Assembly (NCBI GenBank): GCA_016748015.1
Contig: JAAOMT010000694.1
Location: 62,001-126,000, forward strand
DNA length: 64,000 nt
DNA from: Geosiphon pyriformis uo1
Taxonomy: Eukaryota; Fungi; Glomeromycota
Reading direction: 5' to 3'
Of this stretch, positions 1-12,787 are shown one piece after another (position 1 is the first letter of the stretch; every line of letters starts with the position of its first letter). The notes under the pieces were generated by a model. The model was not told the origin of the DNA. It did not search any database and saw only the letters and a program-made list of their open reading frames with translations. The position numbers and the translations under genes were made by a program.

Positions 1-1175
1 ATGCACACAGATTCTTCTTCAGCACACTTAGGAAGAGATGGAACAATACAAAAAACTCTTAAACATTACTTTTGGTCTCAAATACAAAAAGACATTTGAA
101 AATATGTAGAATTTTGTGATAGTTGTCAAAGAAAAAGAGGAACTTGCCCCACAGAACTTTTAAATCCAATCAAAGTTGGACAACTTTTTAACAAAGTTGG
201 AATTGATTTAATTGGACCATTACCTATCACAACTCAAGGAAATCGTTATATTGCAGTTGCAGTAGATTATTTTACCAAATAGCCTGAAGCTAGAGCCATC
301 CAAAGAGCAGATGCAAAATCAGTAACAAATTTTATCTATAAAGACATTATTTGTAAACATAGATGCCAATTGAACTCTTATCTGATCAAAGAACACATTT
401 TGTGAACAACTTGATACAAAAAATTTGTGAATAATTCAATGTCAAAAGACCTTTATTATCACCTTATTATACTTAAACAAATAGACTTGTAGAATGTTTC
501 AACAGAACATTATGTGAATCTCTAGCCAAAGTCTCAATAGACTTTGAACAAGAATAGGATATCTTTATTCCATCAGTGTTACTAGTATACAAAACACTAA
601 AACAAGATACTATAAAACACATACTATTTGATTTAACTTATAGAAGGACAGCAATATTACCAATTAATTTTACAGTGGAAACATACTCTGTGCAACCAAT
701 TAATGAAAAAAACTTTCAAAAAACACTTCAAAAAAGAGCCTATACTCTTCTTAGTACACTGGAAGGAAAAAGAAAGATAGCAGCAACTCATATTGAACAT
801 TCCCAAGCTCAACAAAAAGAAAGACATGACAACAAATTACCATTCATAACCAATAAATTTAAAGTTGGAAATAAAGTTCTCTTATACAAAACTAAGGCTG
901 AAAAACAATAGAGTAAGAAATTTGAAAACAAATAGGATGGACTATTTTATATTCACGAAATTCTAAACAATGGATTATACAAGTTAAGACTTGATGACAA
1001 AGTACTAGCAAAAGTTACACATGGAGATAGATTGAAACACTATCATTCCAGAAACAATCCTAAACTATTAATTCCACAAATTGGTACACATTTCTCTTTA
1101 GTTAATCCTGAAGATATTCCCCGAAATTTAGAACCAATAATTATAATAGAACAACAGCCAAACTTGAACACTTAA
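1..1175 (+). pseudogene. Integrase of A1, broken by stops and frameshifts
   Basis: H..H..C-D-S-C zinc motif, GIDLIGPLP, VDYFTK*PEA, K*DGLFYIHEILNNGLYKL, tail PEDIPRNLEPIIIIE. Confidence 0.92.
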
Positions 1176-1389
1176 TTCAACATAATTTTACAATAATCTT
1201 TTTTTTAATAACCCACAAAACATAAATCAAAAACAGTAAATAATTACAAAAAAACATTTAAACCCAAAAACAAATAAAAACTCTATACCCAAAAAATAAT
1301 TTTCTTTATTCTTTTTCAAACTTTGTTATTAATTAGTCATTTTTATCATAATTATTCTCCGAAATATTTAACAAATATCCCAAAAATTA

Positions 1390-2055
1390 ATGTTAGCTTT
1401 GAAAACACTTCTTGACTTATCCATAAAAATTAATGGAAGTCAAATTAATTACATTCAAAAAAAAACCACAGCCTCAATAGTAAATAATTTTCAGAACTAT
1501 TACTCTTATAGAAGAAAAACAAGAAGTCACTCTGGAAATAAATTACCAGAACTTTTGAAGCAAGCACTAAAAAAAAATCTTTTAATTGTTCCTATTGATA
1601 TTCCACCAAGTGCCACAATACAACAAAAACTTTTACTATTCCTTAATGAACAGAACAATAAACATACTCTTATATATAGATATTTTCTTATTGGAAAAAT
1701 ACTTTATGAACGAAAACTGAAACTTGAAGCAACCAACATCACTCCTGAGGCTATACAAAAACAAATTCACAATAAATTCAAAACAGCAGCTGGATTAACA
1801 AACACTTGCTACAAACTTAGAACAGTATCTAGACTCTATAATTTATTCAACACTTGTGAAAATGTCTTACAAAATCCAATACTCCATCCAATGAAGATTC
1901 AATATATTGGAAAACTCACAAAACTGAAATTTCAACAATTTTCAGACCAGATCATTTCAATTATTTTGGACCACTATCTTAATATTACAAATAGTGCTTG
2001 GACTTTGACAGAGCTCAATTTTGAGAAGGAAATTATGTTACCAGTAGAATTTTAG
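1390..2055 (+). CDS. ORF3 of A1, env-position protein of unknown function
   Basis: 221-aa open frame between integrase and 3' LTR; clear homologues at 50311-51018 and 43615-44320; last codons run into the LTR. Confidence 0.75.
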   Translation: MLALKTLLDLSIKINGSQINYIQKKTTASIVNNFQNYYSYRRKTRSHSGNKLPELLKQALKKNLLIVPIDIPPSATIQQKLLLFLNEQNNKHTLIYRYFLIGKILYERKLKLEATNITPEAIQKQIHNKFKTAAGLTNTCYKLRTVSRLYNLFNTCENVLQNPILHPMKIQYIGKLTKLKFQQFSDQIISIILDHYLNITNSAWTLTELNFEKEIMLPVEF

Positions 2056-3007
2056 CTATTAATTAGCATGAAATTACCTTTATAATTCCTATTATTAATT
2101 AGCATATATTATTATTATTTCAATTATCACTTATTATTTAATCAGATTATCAAATATCATTACTTAATCAATAATCCGATTTGTACTCTAGAAATTAAGA
2201 TAATCAAATTACACAATATCTTGAACCATTTAACATAGTCAAAATTCATCGAAATTAATGAAAATTGGCCGAAATAATCAAATAGTTCAGTGAAATAACT
2301 TGTAGTTTGCCGAAATGTATCTTTAGTTTTACCTAAATTGTAGCAAAAGAAAAGTGCAAGTTCAAAGACTAGTACTACAACAAGTTGTATAAAAGAAGAG
2401 CTTCTCTCTTCAAGAAAATGTATCTTCTCATAGTATCTTACCATAGCATCCTATCTTAGATATCTTAATTGAAACAAATCATCTTTTATACATTTAAATA
2501 AAAATTAAATAGTTGAGAAACAAATTCTTAAAATTATTACACTTGAAATTCTCTCAACACAACTAACGTTTTGAAATTGATTAGCTATCAATTTTAATAA
2601 ATTGTTAGTGACTCCAAACCTGGATAGAAAATGGTTTTTTTAATAAAATTTTATTTCTTTTACATTTTTTTTATTTTCTTTTTCTTTCTTATCATAATTA
2701 TTAGAGTAGCCTACAGATGAGATTCCTGTAGAAGAGTTGATTTTTACAGCAAAGTAACTACACATTTTTAGTGAGCTTCCAGATGGACAATTCCTGAAAA
2801 AGAGTTGACATTTACTACAATGTAACTACATAAAATAACTGGCAAGAAATTGGCCATTTCACTTATAAGCCCAGCAGTTCAAATTATAGGAGATAATTTG
2901 AAGATAAATTCAGTTATTGGAGGTCCAACTACTTTCTGGAAACATGAATTCACAGCAAATGAACATTAAAAACATTCAAGAAAAGAGACCAAAAACCTTT
3001 GGTAATA
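2036..3007 (+). repeat. 3' LTR of A1 (972 bp)
   Basis: Starts TGTTACCAG, ends GGTAATA (mutated GGTAACA); preceded by GAGAAGGAA purine tract. Confidence 0.93.
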
Positions 3008-5873
3008 CCAGATAGGTTTTTTTTCTTCTTCTTTGAACTTAATAAGTGGTGTTGTTGGTGTGGTAATTGGCTTGAAGTGGCCATATGTGGCTAGTACATG
3101 GGTGTGTTGACTGTTTTGACTAAGCTGAAGCTCTTGGATGTTCTAATCGAGTGTTGCATAAGTTTTAGACAGCCAGTCATTGCCAATGAGTACTTGGTAC
3201 TGAGTGGCTTCTATGATTAATACCTTGATCAGTACAATGATGCTATTGACTTTAATGAATAGGGCATCTATTTCACAAATTGAAGTCTTGGTGGTTTCAT
3301 CAGTGGTAATTATTCTTGCACTGGCAGCTCAATCAACTCGGCAACCTAATTGGTTCATGAGCTGTCTTGTGATGATGCTGCCAGCTAATCTATTATTTAA
3401 GATCAATTTGATGAGCTGACCATCAATTTTGGCATCAGTGTATATTGTTGTGATGGGTTTTTTCTCAAATGCAGTTCTACTGAACAAAGGAGTTTCTGTT
3501 GGTTCTTTAATTTTGAAGGGAAATATAGCTGCTAAGGACTTGTCTTCCATAATGGTAATGGGTGGTATGTTGCTGATAAGTGACTTCTGGTTTGTTTTCA
3601 AGTTATTAGATGGGGCATCTTCTGGAATAACCAAGAGACTTAAATAGTTCTGAAAACTTGGGTTTTGAGTATACCCAGTTCTTGAATTCTGCTGTCATGA
3701 TCTTGACAGCTGGTTGGATAAACTGGAAATTAGTTGATGAACAACCATTGCCAATCTCCAGTTTTGAATAACTTTAGATCTTGGGTTTCCTAATATTATT
3801 TGAGCAGAGTTTGATGGCAGTGTTTGAACTGGTGGTTGTTGATATATTACTTGTGGCTGTGGTTGATAAATAACTGGTGCTGCTGGTTGATAAAGTGGAG
3901 CTTAATATACCAATAGTTGATAAATTGGTGGCTGTGTTACTAGTAGGTAATTCAATTGATATATTTCTGAGTTGGGTTGATATTTTGGAGTTTGAAACTG
4001 GCAATTGGGATTTTAATATTGATTTTTTGATCGTTGGTTATCTATCCTTAACCTATAGTCAATCCTTAAATGCTCTTGTTTACCACAGTAGTGGCAAACA
4101 TGCATCTTTTGCTGCTATATTTGATTGGTCGAAGATGATAAACATGACTAATTTAGTGGGCAATTTATGCTTCCAAAATTGTTACATCATTAAAGTGACT
4201 GATAAATTGCATAATTGTCAGCTAAGTATTCTTTCAATTTCTGATTAATTGAATTACTGAGCTGTTTCAATTTGGAATCCAAATCAAATAATTTATTCAT
4301 GACTAGGTTAACGACTTGGGCATGGTTTGCTTCAAGTTCTGCTGATTTAAAATCTCTCGCATTGGTAACTGCATTCTGGAGAGTTTGTGGGTGCATTGGG
4401 TGTATGCATTGAAGAAGACTACTGCACAGTCCACAAATGAACTGGTTTAAAATCTGTGGTACTGTAAAATAGTCAGCTTAAATTGCTTGAATTTGGCATA
4501 AATTCCTGTGAAAACATCTCAAGTAAGTAGTAACTGCTTCAGTTTCTCTCTGTTTAATTGTGGTAAAGGTGTTGACTAGACAATTAATACTGTTATTATT
4601 ACTGAAATATTTCAAGAATGCAATCTTGAATTTCTGGAATATTTGAGGTTTGGTAGCTAAACTTTGATACCATGAGTTGGCAGTATCCTGTAAGAAATAG
4701 GGGATGGTTTGGAGTGCTCTTGTATTGTTCTATTCATTGGCCATAATGGCCTTTTCAATGTCATTGAGCTATATTTGGGCATTGTCTTCTTCACCAGTGA
4801 ATTTCTCAAGTTTTGCTATTGGAGCATAGGCCATTGGATCCAAGTTTGGTTGTTGAAGTTGTTGTTGTGGCTGTTGAAACAGCTGTTGTAGTTGTTGAAG
4901 TGGTTGAAATGGCTACTGCTAAATCAGTTCAATAATTGATTCAATTGGTGGTTGATTGATGACAATTACTGGAGGTAAGTTTTGCTGATTAATTGTTTTG
5001 GGGTTTGTATTGTTTGGGTTTTGAGGAGTTTGAAAGTTTGGAGTTTCAATTTCTGGATTTTCTAAATTTGGATCTTGCTAAGTCTGAAAGTTTGGGGTTT
5101 CAATGTCTGGGTTTTCTAGAATCAGATTTTAGTAAGTAAATTCTTGATCTTCGGCTTCTTTTTCTTTCTTCTCTTCTGATTCTGTTATCTCTCAGAGACT
5201 TGCATTTCCGAAATCTGGTTAAGGTGGTGGTGATCTGAATCCTGATGGCATTGGTAATTACAATTTAAATCCTTTAAAATAATTGCCATAGATTCCTAGT
5301 AATTCTGTTTTCTTTTGTTTACTTTGAAATAGGAGTCATCCAAATGTTGATGTTGCATTTGATGTGAATGTGCCTGTTGATAAAATGTTAATAGCACTTC
5401 TTAGTATATAATAGTATAATAGATTGGTTGGGGATTCAACTTTGGTTTTCTTCTAAGTGAGTAGTTGTATTTGTTTTGGTGTTATTGCTGGTGTTTGCAA
5501 TTTTTCTTTGCCTTTGTTTGCATAAGTGATTGGAAATTGTTGTTGTGTATATCTTTCAATGATTTGGTTTATTTCTCTAATGATTGGTGTGAAACTGTAG
5601 TTTTTTGGTAAGCTGGTATGTTGAAATAATTCTGTATAGAAATTTTCTCTTGTGGATTCAATGTTAACTGTTCTTCCTAAACAGTCTGTGATTTTGTCAT
5701 TGACATAAAAGTTGAAGGCTGACTCTGCTGGAAAATAGTTATTGTTTAATCCTAATTGTTGGCTGTACTATTAAAATAAGAATTTCGTAAATCCTAAATG
5801 GTTTGCTTCTATTCTTTCGAATTCTGTCACTTTTGGATGGGTGTAATTGGTGCTGGTTTTTTGTAGAATTATA

Positions 5874-5892
5874 CCTCACAGGAAGCACCAAA
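5874..5892 (-). promoter_or_regulatory. Primer-binding site of B1, TT-TGGTGCTTCCTGTGAGG
   Basis: Adjacent to the 5' LTR; complementary to a tRNA 3' end CCTCACAGGAAGCACCA, which resembles Ile(UAU) or elongator Met tRNAs (identity not verified). Confidence 0.8.
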
Positions 5893-6717
5893 TGTTACAG
5901 ATGATTATTTGGGGTCTTAAATCAAATAACAAACCTGTAACTTGGTACTCAATTGATTGGTAATATCTCAAGGTGTTGTTTTATCTGAAGGTTTTGTTAT
6001 GGAGTTTTTTGTATAATAGACAGAGATTTTAATAGTTGTTTTCAATAGCCTTCTAGAATTGCAATTCCATTGAATTTTTTTCTCAGTGTGATGGCTGGTA
6101 ATCTTCCTAGTAAGTTATCCTCAAATCTATGAGTGTTCTACCCTTGTTTCATGGGTCTTTTACCAGTTCCTATAATGTCTATAACTTAGTGCTTTAATTC
6201 TTAATCAATTAGGCAACCAAAAAGAAATACAAAGAAAATAAAAAAATGAGCAAAAGCAATTGCAAGTTAGTATCCCATCAATAGTCGTGATCAAGAGCTA
6301 TTATTCTAATGTGGTTAAGTATTAATTACTATCAACATAAAGTGTTGATAGTGGAAAGTAGATTAAGATAGTGAATAATTATTTATTGATATTTGTAAAT
6401 GAAAGATTGTTTAGATCAAATCTAAACTGAGAGGTCTGTTTTTTCTACTTCTAATACTACCACTATATATACATAATTGAGATTCTTTAATTTCTCAATT
6501 TTTTACACCAAGAATCCTGGAATTCCTAGAATTCTGCAATTTCTTTTGAGAGGAATCCTAGAATTCTAGAATTCTGCAATTCCTTGTATGAAAATCCTGA
6601 AATTCCTGGAATCTTGCAATTCCTCTTGAGAGGAATCCTGGAATTCCATATTTACTACAGCTACTTTTAATTGGCTAATTTATATGCTAATATACTTTCT
6701 ATATTTTATAAGTAACA
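5893..6717 (-). repeat. 5' LTR of B1 (825 bp)
   Basis: TGTTAC...GTAACA ends; homologous to 22182-23013, 31323-32171 and 38995-39835. Confidence 0.93.
6460..6650 (-). promoter_or_regulatory. B-LTR U3: three ~41-bp GGAATTC-rich tandem units followed by a TATA-like GTATATATAG
   Basis: Same repeat block and TATA-like motif in all four B LTRs. Confidence 0.6.
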
Positions 6718-7450
6718 CTGTTTATGTTGATCCCTTTTTTTTTCGCCAGTAATGTAGCCATTTCCATGTTTTTTTCTAAAGTAAAGATAGAACAAATAAT
6801 TTCTTTAAATTTTGAGAGGGTAGTAGTCCCTCTTAAAACCATTAACTAATGAAAATAATTTTCTGATGATTTGAGTTTTAGCTATGGCAGATTTGCCCTC
6901 TACTGCTGAAAAATTAATATCCAAAGTAAATGACTTTTTAACTGATACTTCAATTAAAGACTTAATGATTTTTGGGTCAAACCACTTTTTGTCTAAAGAG
7001 ATGAGCAAGCAAGAAAAAAGCACAATTTTATCATTATCTATATCAAAATTAGGAAACCTGAATAGAGAACTAAAGACAGCATTAGTATTAACACACTTTG
7101 TCTTAGGAGTAGTAGTAGCTGAGCCTAAAAAAAATCTACTATTCACACCAGACATGCTAATATTCTTATGATTACCAGACAAACTATCCACATCAGAGTA
7201 TATACTACCATCTGGCCCAAATTTATTCAAGGAGATATCTTTTTTATTATCAAAGTATTTAATATTGCCAAGAACAACTTTCTTCTTTTAAGAAAAAGAA
7301 CTACCAGCAAGACCATAAAAATCATTTTTGGATATCTTCTTTTTAGACATAATGCTATCTGCAATAGTCTCCAAGTTTATAAAAAATGAGTTATTAAGTA
7401 AAGAAATATTGATATAAACTAGCTGAAAAATAAAACTTCTTTTTTAGAAA
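6718..7450 (-). mobile_element. Degenerate non-LTR (LINE) ORF1 fragment, host of B1
   Basis: VKKSFTLDI and KLFSLVNGF match VKKSFILDI and KLFLKINGF at 14530-14650, which lie upstream of a LINE ORF2 start. Confidence 0.6.
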
Positions 7451-8560
7451 CTATGCTTTTTGAGAATTTTTGGAGGTAAGAGAGAAAAAAGTTTGTTTTA
7501 TTTAATTAATAAAATTTGTTTTGTTTTTAAAATTAATAATAAATCAATATATTAAGCAATTTAATTATGTATTAATTAAATTAAATTTTAATTAATATGA
7601 TATTATTATTATTATTATTATCTAAATAAAAAAAAGTATTATTTATAATCAAATTCAAATTAAATATTGTAATTAATATAATTATAATAAAATTAATATA
7701 AATATCAAAAAATAAATAAATATTAAAAAAAATATACTATTTTAAAAAAATTATTGTTATTATTTATAAAAAAAAAATTTGGTTTTTTGGTTTTTTTAAT
7801 TATTTAAGTAATAATAATAAAAAATTACAAAAAAAAATAGTTCAATTATTAATTTATTATTAAAAATCTTAAAATTTTTATAATAAATATATTAAAACTA
7901 GTTGTTTAAAAAAGATTTTAAATAGAAAAAACCTTTGTTTAAAGCCAAAAATAGTGTTTTATTAATAATTAAATACTGTTTTGTGTTTTTAATAATTAAA
8001 AAAAATATTTTAAAAAATACTGTTTAATTATTTTTATTTTTAAAAAACTTTTTAAGTATTAAAACTATTAAAAAGATAAAAACAAAGATTGATTGTTTTA
8101 ATTATAATTATAAAAATATAAAAAAAAGCTTTTTTTATTAAATAAAATTAAATTATTAAAATAAATAAAAATATATTAATTATAAATCAATTAATTTAAT
8201 TTAATAATAATATTTTTAATACACAAAATTATTGTTTTTTAATAAACTAATTTTTTTTTAAAATATTAAAAAATTAATTATTGTTATTAATAAAAATAAA
8301 ATAGTTTTAGCACTTTTTTTAATATTTTAAAATTTGTTATTGTTATTAAATATAAACATAAAATTGTAAATTTTAAAAAGTATTTTTTTATATACAAATT
8401 TAATATTACAATTTTTTATTTAATATTTATTTAAAATTGATTATTATTATTATTAATTGCGTTTTTTTGTTTTTAATATTGTTAAAGCATTAACAAAAAG
8501 TGCAACTTTATTTGATATTTAATTGATAAAATACATAAAAGACCTTTTTTTGGTTGATAA
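7450..8560. other. Extremely AT-rich low-complexity tract
   Basis: Almost no C or G; no ORFs in the track. Confidence 0.85.
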
Positions 8561-9079
8561 AACATTTGACATTATTGTATTGCCACTTTTTAATAGCATA
8601 CAAAGATTAAAAAGTTGAAAAGAAAACTATACAATAAAATGAAACTTAAGCACATGATATCTATATTTGAAACATATACAAAAGGTTAAATGCAACAAAT
8701 ATTAATCGGGGTTTAAATGGCGCTAGAGGAATTTTCCTATGGTTATGATCGTAGCTAACTATAGTTGATCGATTTTCTTACCAGATAAGATTTAAAAGTG
8801 TGGAGCCTTTGAAAATTAAATGCCATTCGTCAAATATAATCTTCAAGTTTCTAGGATTATCATTTATGATTGCGATCAAGATAATAAGTTTCAAATAATC
8901 AAAGATTTATCTGAAAGTTTAATGCTTTAGATTTTTCCCTCGTTCTGTATATAAATGATTGGCGACGTTCGCTCGCTTTTTAAATTGCGACTCTTTTACG
9001 TTCTAGACCTAATATATTGCCCTTTAATTTTATGAATATTTATTAATATCGGTATCATTTTCTTTTTTTGGTTCAGAAA

Positions 9080-11195
9080 ATGGAGGCTCCTTCGAGTCCT
9101 CCGCCCGTTTTAAGCTTACACACCTGGAGTGAAGCTGACGTTATGAAATATATTCAACGTGTTGAACGTCTTTATGCCAACGGTGATAACTACAGAGTGA
9201 TTGATAACCTTAAACTATCACCGATGCAACTTTTAAAAGTCACTCCTGCAGACTGTGAGAAATTGTTGCATTCAAGGACGACGAATGTTTTTCAAAACGG
9301 AACCTTAATGCGTGCCTCTGCAAGTCTTAAATGTAAGCGACTTCTTATTAAAGTTTAAGATTTCCAAAGTATACTTTCACAAAAATTAACTTATTTTTTA
9401 AACGTGATTACTAATAGTGGAAATTAATCGACAAGGTAATTTTTCGCCCCCTAATGCTTTACTTAAAAATAAGCTTTTTTTAGAGGGGGACGCGTCTTTG
9501 CTTACCAAAGTTTATTGATCTCCATGAATATAGTTGCAAGTCTGTTGCCATGGTCAACAGACTCGCCTTATTTCTCAACTGTTATGCAAATGTTGAAGGA
9601 TGATATTGGATTTGCTTTTGACATTTTTGAACATAACATGCAAGGTGACCTAGCAAATTACTTGAGGGTAGAAGTAGGTGACAGAAGTGAAGAAATAAAA
9701 GAGAAGTCAAATCACGATTCTTCTAATGGAAAAATTACTTTCATCCAATTTGTAAGTATGAATCTAATCTAATATCCGAAAATGAATTATTTTGCAGACC
9801 TGACTGATTTTTTGACAAATCTTTTTCTCAGGCGAATGTTGGTACAGAAAAAGAGACAGTCACAAAAAAACGAAAACGGGAGCAAGATGAAAATAAAAAG
9901 GAAGATAAAAAACGCAAAGAGCTTTCGATAGAAAAAGATCATATACAAGACATCGAGAAAGAACCACAAAAGCAACAGCAGTCCCAGAATAATACACCAT
10001 TACCTATTTTACCGGCGATCTGTCCTCCAGTTGAAGAGGAGGAGGAAGGACTACGCAACTTAATGAATGGTGATGTGGATCCAGAAGCTGAACGGGCAAA
10101 AATAAAAATAGAGTGTGGTGCACAAGCGGAGGAGTTGTTTCGTTTCAAATTTCTTTCTGATCAAGTCGAATATTGTTTATTGCATAATGTGATCTCTCTC
10201 ATTCGTTACCGAAGGCTCGAGAAGGCCGAACAAGGAATTCGGTATTTAATACTCTTTCTATTAGCTTCCTTGTAAGATTAGGAATCATTTTAATCTTGAT
10301 TTTTATTTTATTGAAAGGCACCACATTAGAAGCAAAATGCAAATCAAGCAGGAAGAAATTACTCCAAAAGAGAGAATGTTCATTAAGCGTTGTTTGCTGT
10401 GAGTATTTTCTCAGCTTTTATGTGCTAATTGTTGTTTGATTAAATGCGTGAGGCATTGAAAATGTCCAGATGTTTTCTTACTGCTGCTCAAGATCATTTG
10501 TTTTTTCTGAAATATCACGCATGAATTAACACAGTTATACATGATAGTTCAGTATCTTTATTTATCTTCACAATATGTTTTTATTATCAAGACTCACTTT
10601 GCCTTCCGATAGACCATACTATCCGGCGCGCCCGAAATTCCTTCATCCAAAGTCACAAAAAGTTCCCGCCTCATCAGCCATTGAGATGTTGGGCGCGTTC
10701 GGATTGTATGATGTCGAATCCCAGACATTTGTTGAAGTCAAGCAAGAAGATAATGTGATGAAGGCTTCTTAATATTTGCTTTTTTGTTTTGGTAACAAGA
10801 GGAGGACCAGAAGATCAAATCTCATTTGGAAAACCTTTAAGTGGACCACAGAATTCGGAAATCTCGACTGTTATCGCACTTTTACCAACAAATGAGGTCA
10901 GGATTATGGATATAGAATCCCGTTCCTGCCGAAGCTAATAAGACATTGAAAATTCATTTGGTCTTCTAGCCTCCTCTTGTTACTTGAAGATTCTGGTTAT
11001 GCTCAGTTGTTGTATCACATTTCTAACATTTTTTGATCCCCAAATTAGGGTCCTGAATTACCCATCATCCACAGCATCATTAACAACAGCAGCAGCAACA
11101 ATAACAACAGCAATAACAACAACATTAGCTCACCGCCAATAACAAAACATCTTACATTTGAAGAGCATCGAGCAGACTTGCATTCCATTTTCTGA
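9080..11195 (+). CDS. Spliced host gene, unknown protein (SAM-like N-terminus, KKRKR basic motif, Asn/Ser-rich C-terminus)
   Basis: Exons join in frame across GT-AG introns at 9752-9831, 10242-10317 and 10399-10591; donor at 9333; last exon 11049-11195; junctions near 9418-9485 and 10750-10800 unresolved; CpG-rich, higher GC. Confidence 0.7.
11083..11125 (+). repeat. AAC/AGC trinucleotide tract encoding NNSSSNNNNSNNNN
   Basis: aacaacagcagcagcaacaataacaacagcaataacaacaac in the predicted last exon. Confidence 0.8.
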
Positions 11196-11785
11196 AATAC
11201 CACAAAATTATCCACTCATTTTGTTTTATCGTGATGCCAAAATCGGGCCAACGGCAAACCATACAGCTTTTATATATATCATACACTCGTGAGAACTTTC
11301 TTGCTTTGATTATCCTGTGGTATCTTATTTTTGCTCTTCCAATTAATTAATTAATAAGAGATAGGTTTTTTCATTCTAAAATAATGACTTGATATTCAAG
11401 AAATTCTATAATTCTTATTGTCTTTTTTGGTCACGTATCAATAGTTTTTTATACTCTAACTTCGAAAACGAAGTTTGATAGCTTTGAAGGAGAGAGGAGG
11501 GTATTTCGAGATTTGAAGAATAAAAATAATTTACAAAAAGATTTTTTAATACCATTTGGGAAACTTCAATTGATCTTTGACAATACTTATTCACTCTCGA
11601 TATAATATGGGGCGTGCTGCAACAAAACCAGATAGGGTGATCAAGTGAATCTGGCAAGTTCTTACGCAAAGGGTGCTTTGCCTTCTAACGTTAAAGTTTG
11701 TTTCTACTAGGGAAGCGTCACGTGAGCTTTAATATGTCTGGTTGTCAAGGATCTGTATATTTATTGGTTCAAAATCCCGTTCTGG

Positions 11786-12787
11786 ATGTTCAAGATTTCA
11801 TCCTGTGAGTCCATCGGAGAGAACGCACGTCGCTTCTTGCTCTCGCATAGGTGCATAGTGTTTGGGCTACCTGTTACGTTTGTTTGGGACGGCAATGTGT
11901 GGAGATATGTGAAGAGAGATGATGTATGTGACTTGGTTATACGACAATGTGACGCTAATAGCAACAGTAAAGTGAGTGAGTTTCGAAGAGAGCTGCTCAA
12001 ATTTTTATTATGAAAATTAAAAATCTCTTTGTAACATGATAGCCAGGAAGTTGTTTTACATCTTTATGAAGTCTTTTTAATCTGTGTGCGGATGCAATTA
12101 AAAATGGCACGATAGTTTATTAAGGGGTTATGATTAAGGATGGCAGCTGCATGAAATACCAAAAGCGAGAGTGTAGAGAATAGTGATAATTGTGCAAAAT
12201 TGGAGCGTGCATACATGTACATTAATTCAAAGACAATTCCTTCTCTCTGGAATCATATAACGATAATAATAAGCGGGGACTGCCTGATTGATTCATTTGG
12301 TGCACCAAGCCTATAACCGAGAATTCGGGAAATCACTCGAAGAAAACAGAGATGACTTGAACATGATCTTTGGGCAATTTCTCGCTTGGTGCACAGGTGG
12401 TTGTAAGAACAATGCTGACGCTTGCTGTGCCCAAAGATTCTGTTTCTGCAACCAGTTTTCAGTGCCCAGAAGCCCCCTATTGCCAAGATCATCGAGCTAT
12501 GAGTTTCAGATACATCTTCTACCTGAAGTACCGATATTAATATGAATTTAACTATTTAAGGTGTACTTCTGGCTGCAACAAAGCGTTATTATCATCTCAA
12601 TTGCGACCATACATAGGACAGGCTTAAGCATACAGAACCAGAAATGCTTGCATTAGCTGATCTCACAACATTCAGTGGTGTTCAGTGGTACACAAGCGCC
12701 CATTGCAATGACTTTATTTTGAGAGCTCCAGAGTATGTGGGGAATCATATAGAAGAATCCCGGATAGAATTGTTGAATGCACAATAA
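11786..12787 (+). pseudogene. Possible second spliced gene or pseudogene, Cys-rich, unknown product
   Basis: Coding-like ORFs 11786-12013 (GTGAGT donor) and 12288-12545; final frame 12561-12787 has an in-frame TAG at 12614; middle part has stops in all frames. Confidence 0.4.

Larger units (their letters stand above)
1..3007 (+). mobile_element. Ty3/Gypsy LTR retrotransposon, family A copy A1 (3' part: integrase, ORF3, 3' LTR; 5' part outside window)
   Basis: Integrase core and GPY/F-like motifs, purine tract before the LTR, LTR homologous to those at 42622, 49356, 58262 and 61461; followed by CCAG target remnant. Confidence 0.95.
3008..6717 (-). mobile_element. Ty3/Gypsy family B copy B1 (5' LTR, gag, protease), interrupted by A1
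   Basis: MAYAPIAKLEKFTGEED capsid start, CHYCGKQEH knuckle, decayed LDSGSAGS protease motif; PBS TGGTGCTTCCTGTGAGG next to the LTR. Confidence 0.93.

Noticed and set aside
900-1175. Chromodomain at the integrase C-terminus
   Set aside because: The frame ends shortly after the GPY/F-like motif with no aromatic-cage pattern.
1390-2055. ORF3 as a retroviral envelope
   Set aside because: Too short, no signal peptide or transmembrane segment apparent.
6510-6650. Spaced palindromic repeats resembling a CRISPR array
   Set aside because: No unique spacers, no cas genes; the block recurs inside every B LTR.
1-6717. Inverted segmental duplication of 38995-45600
   Set aside because: Flanks beyond the B LTRs are unrelated and the A1 and A2 LTRs differ by block indels; composite retrotransposition remains possible.
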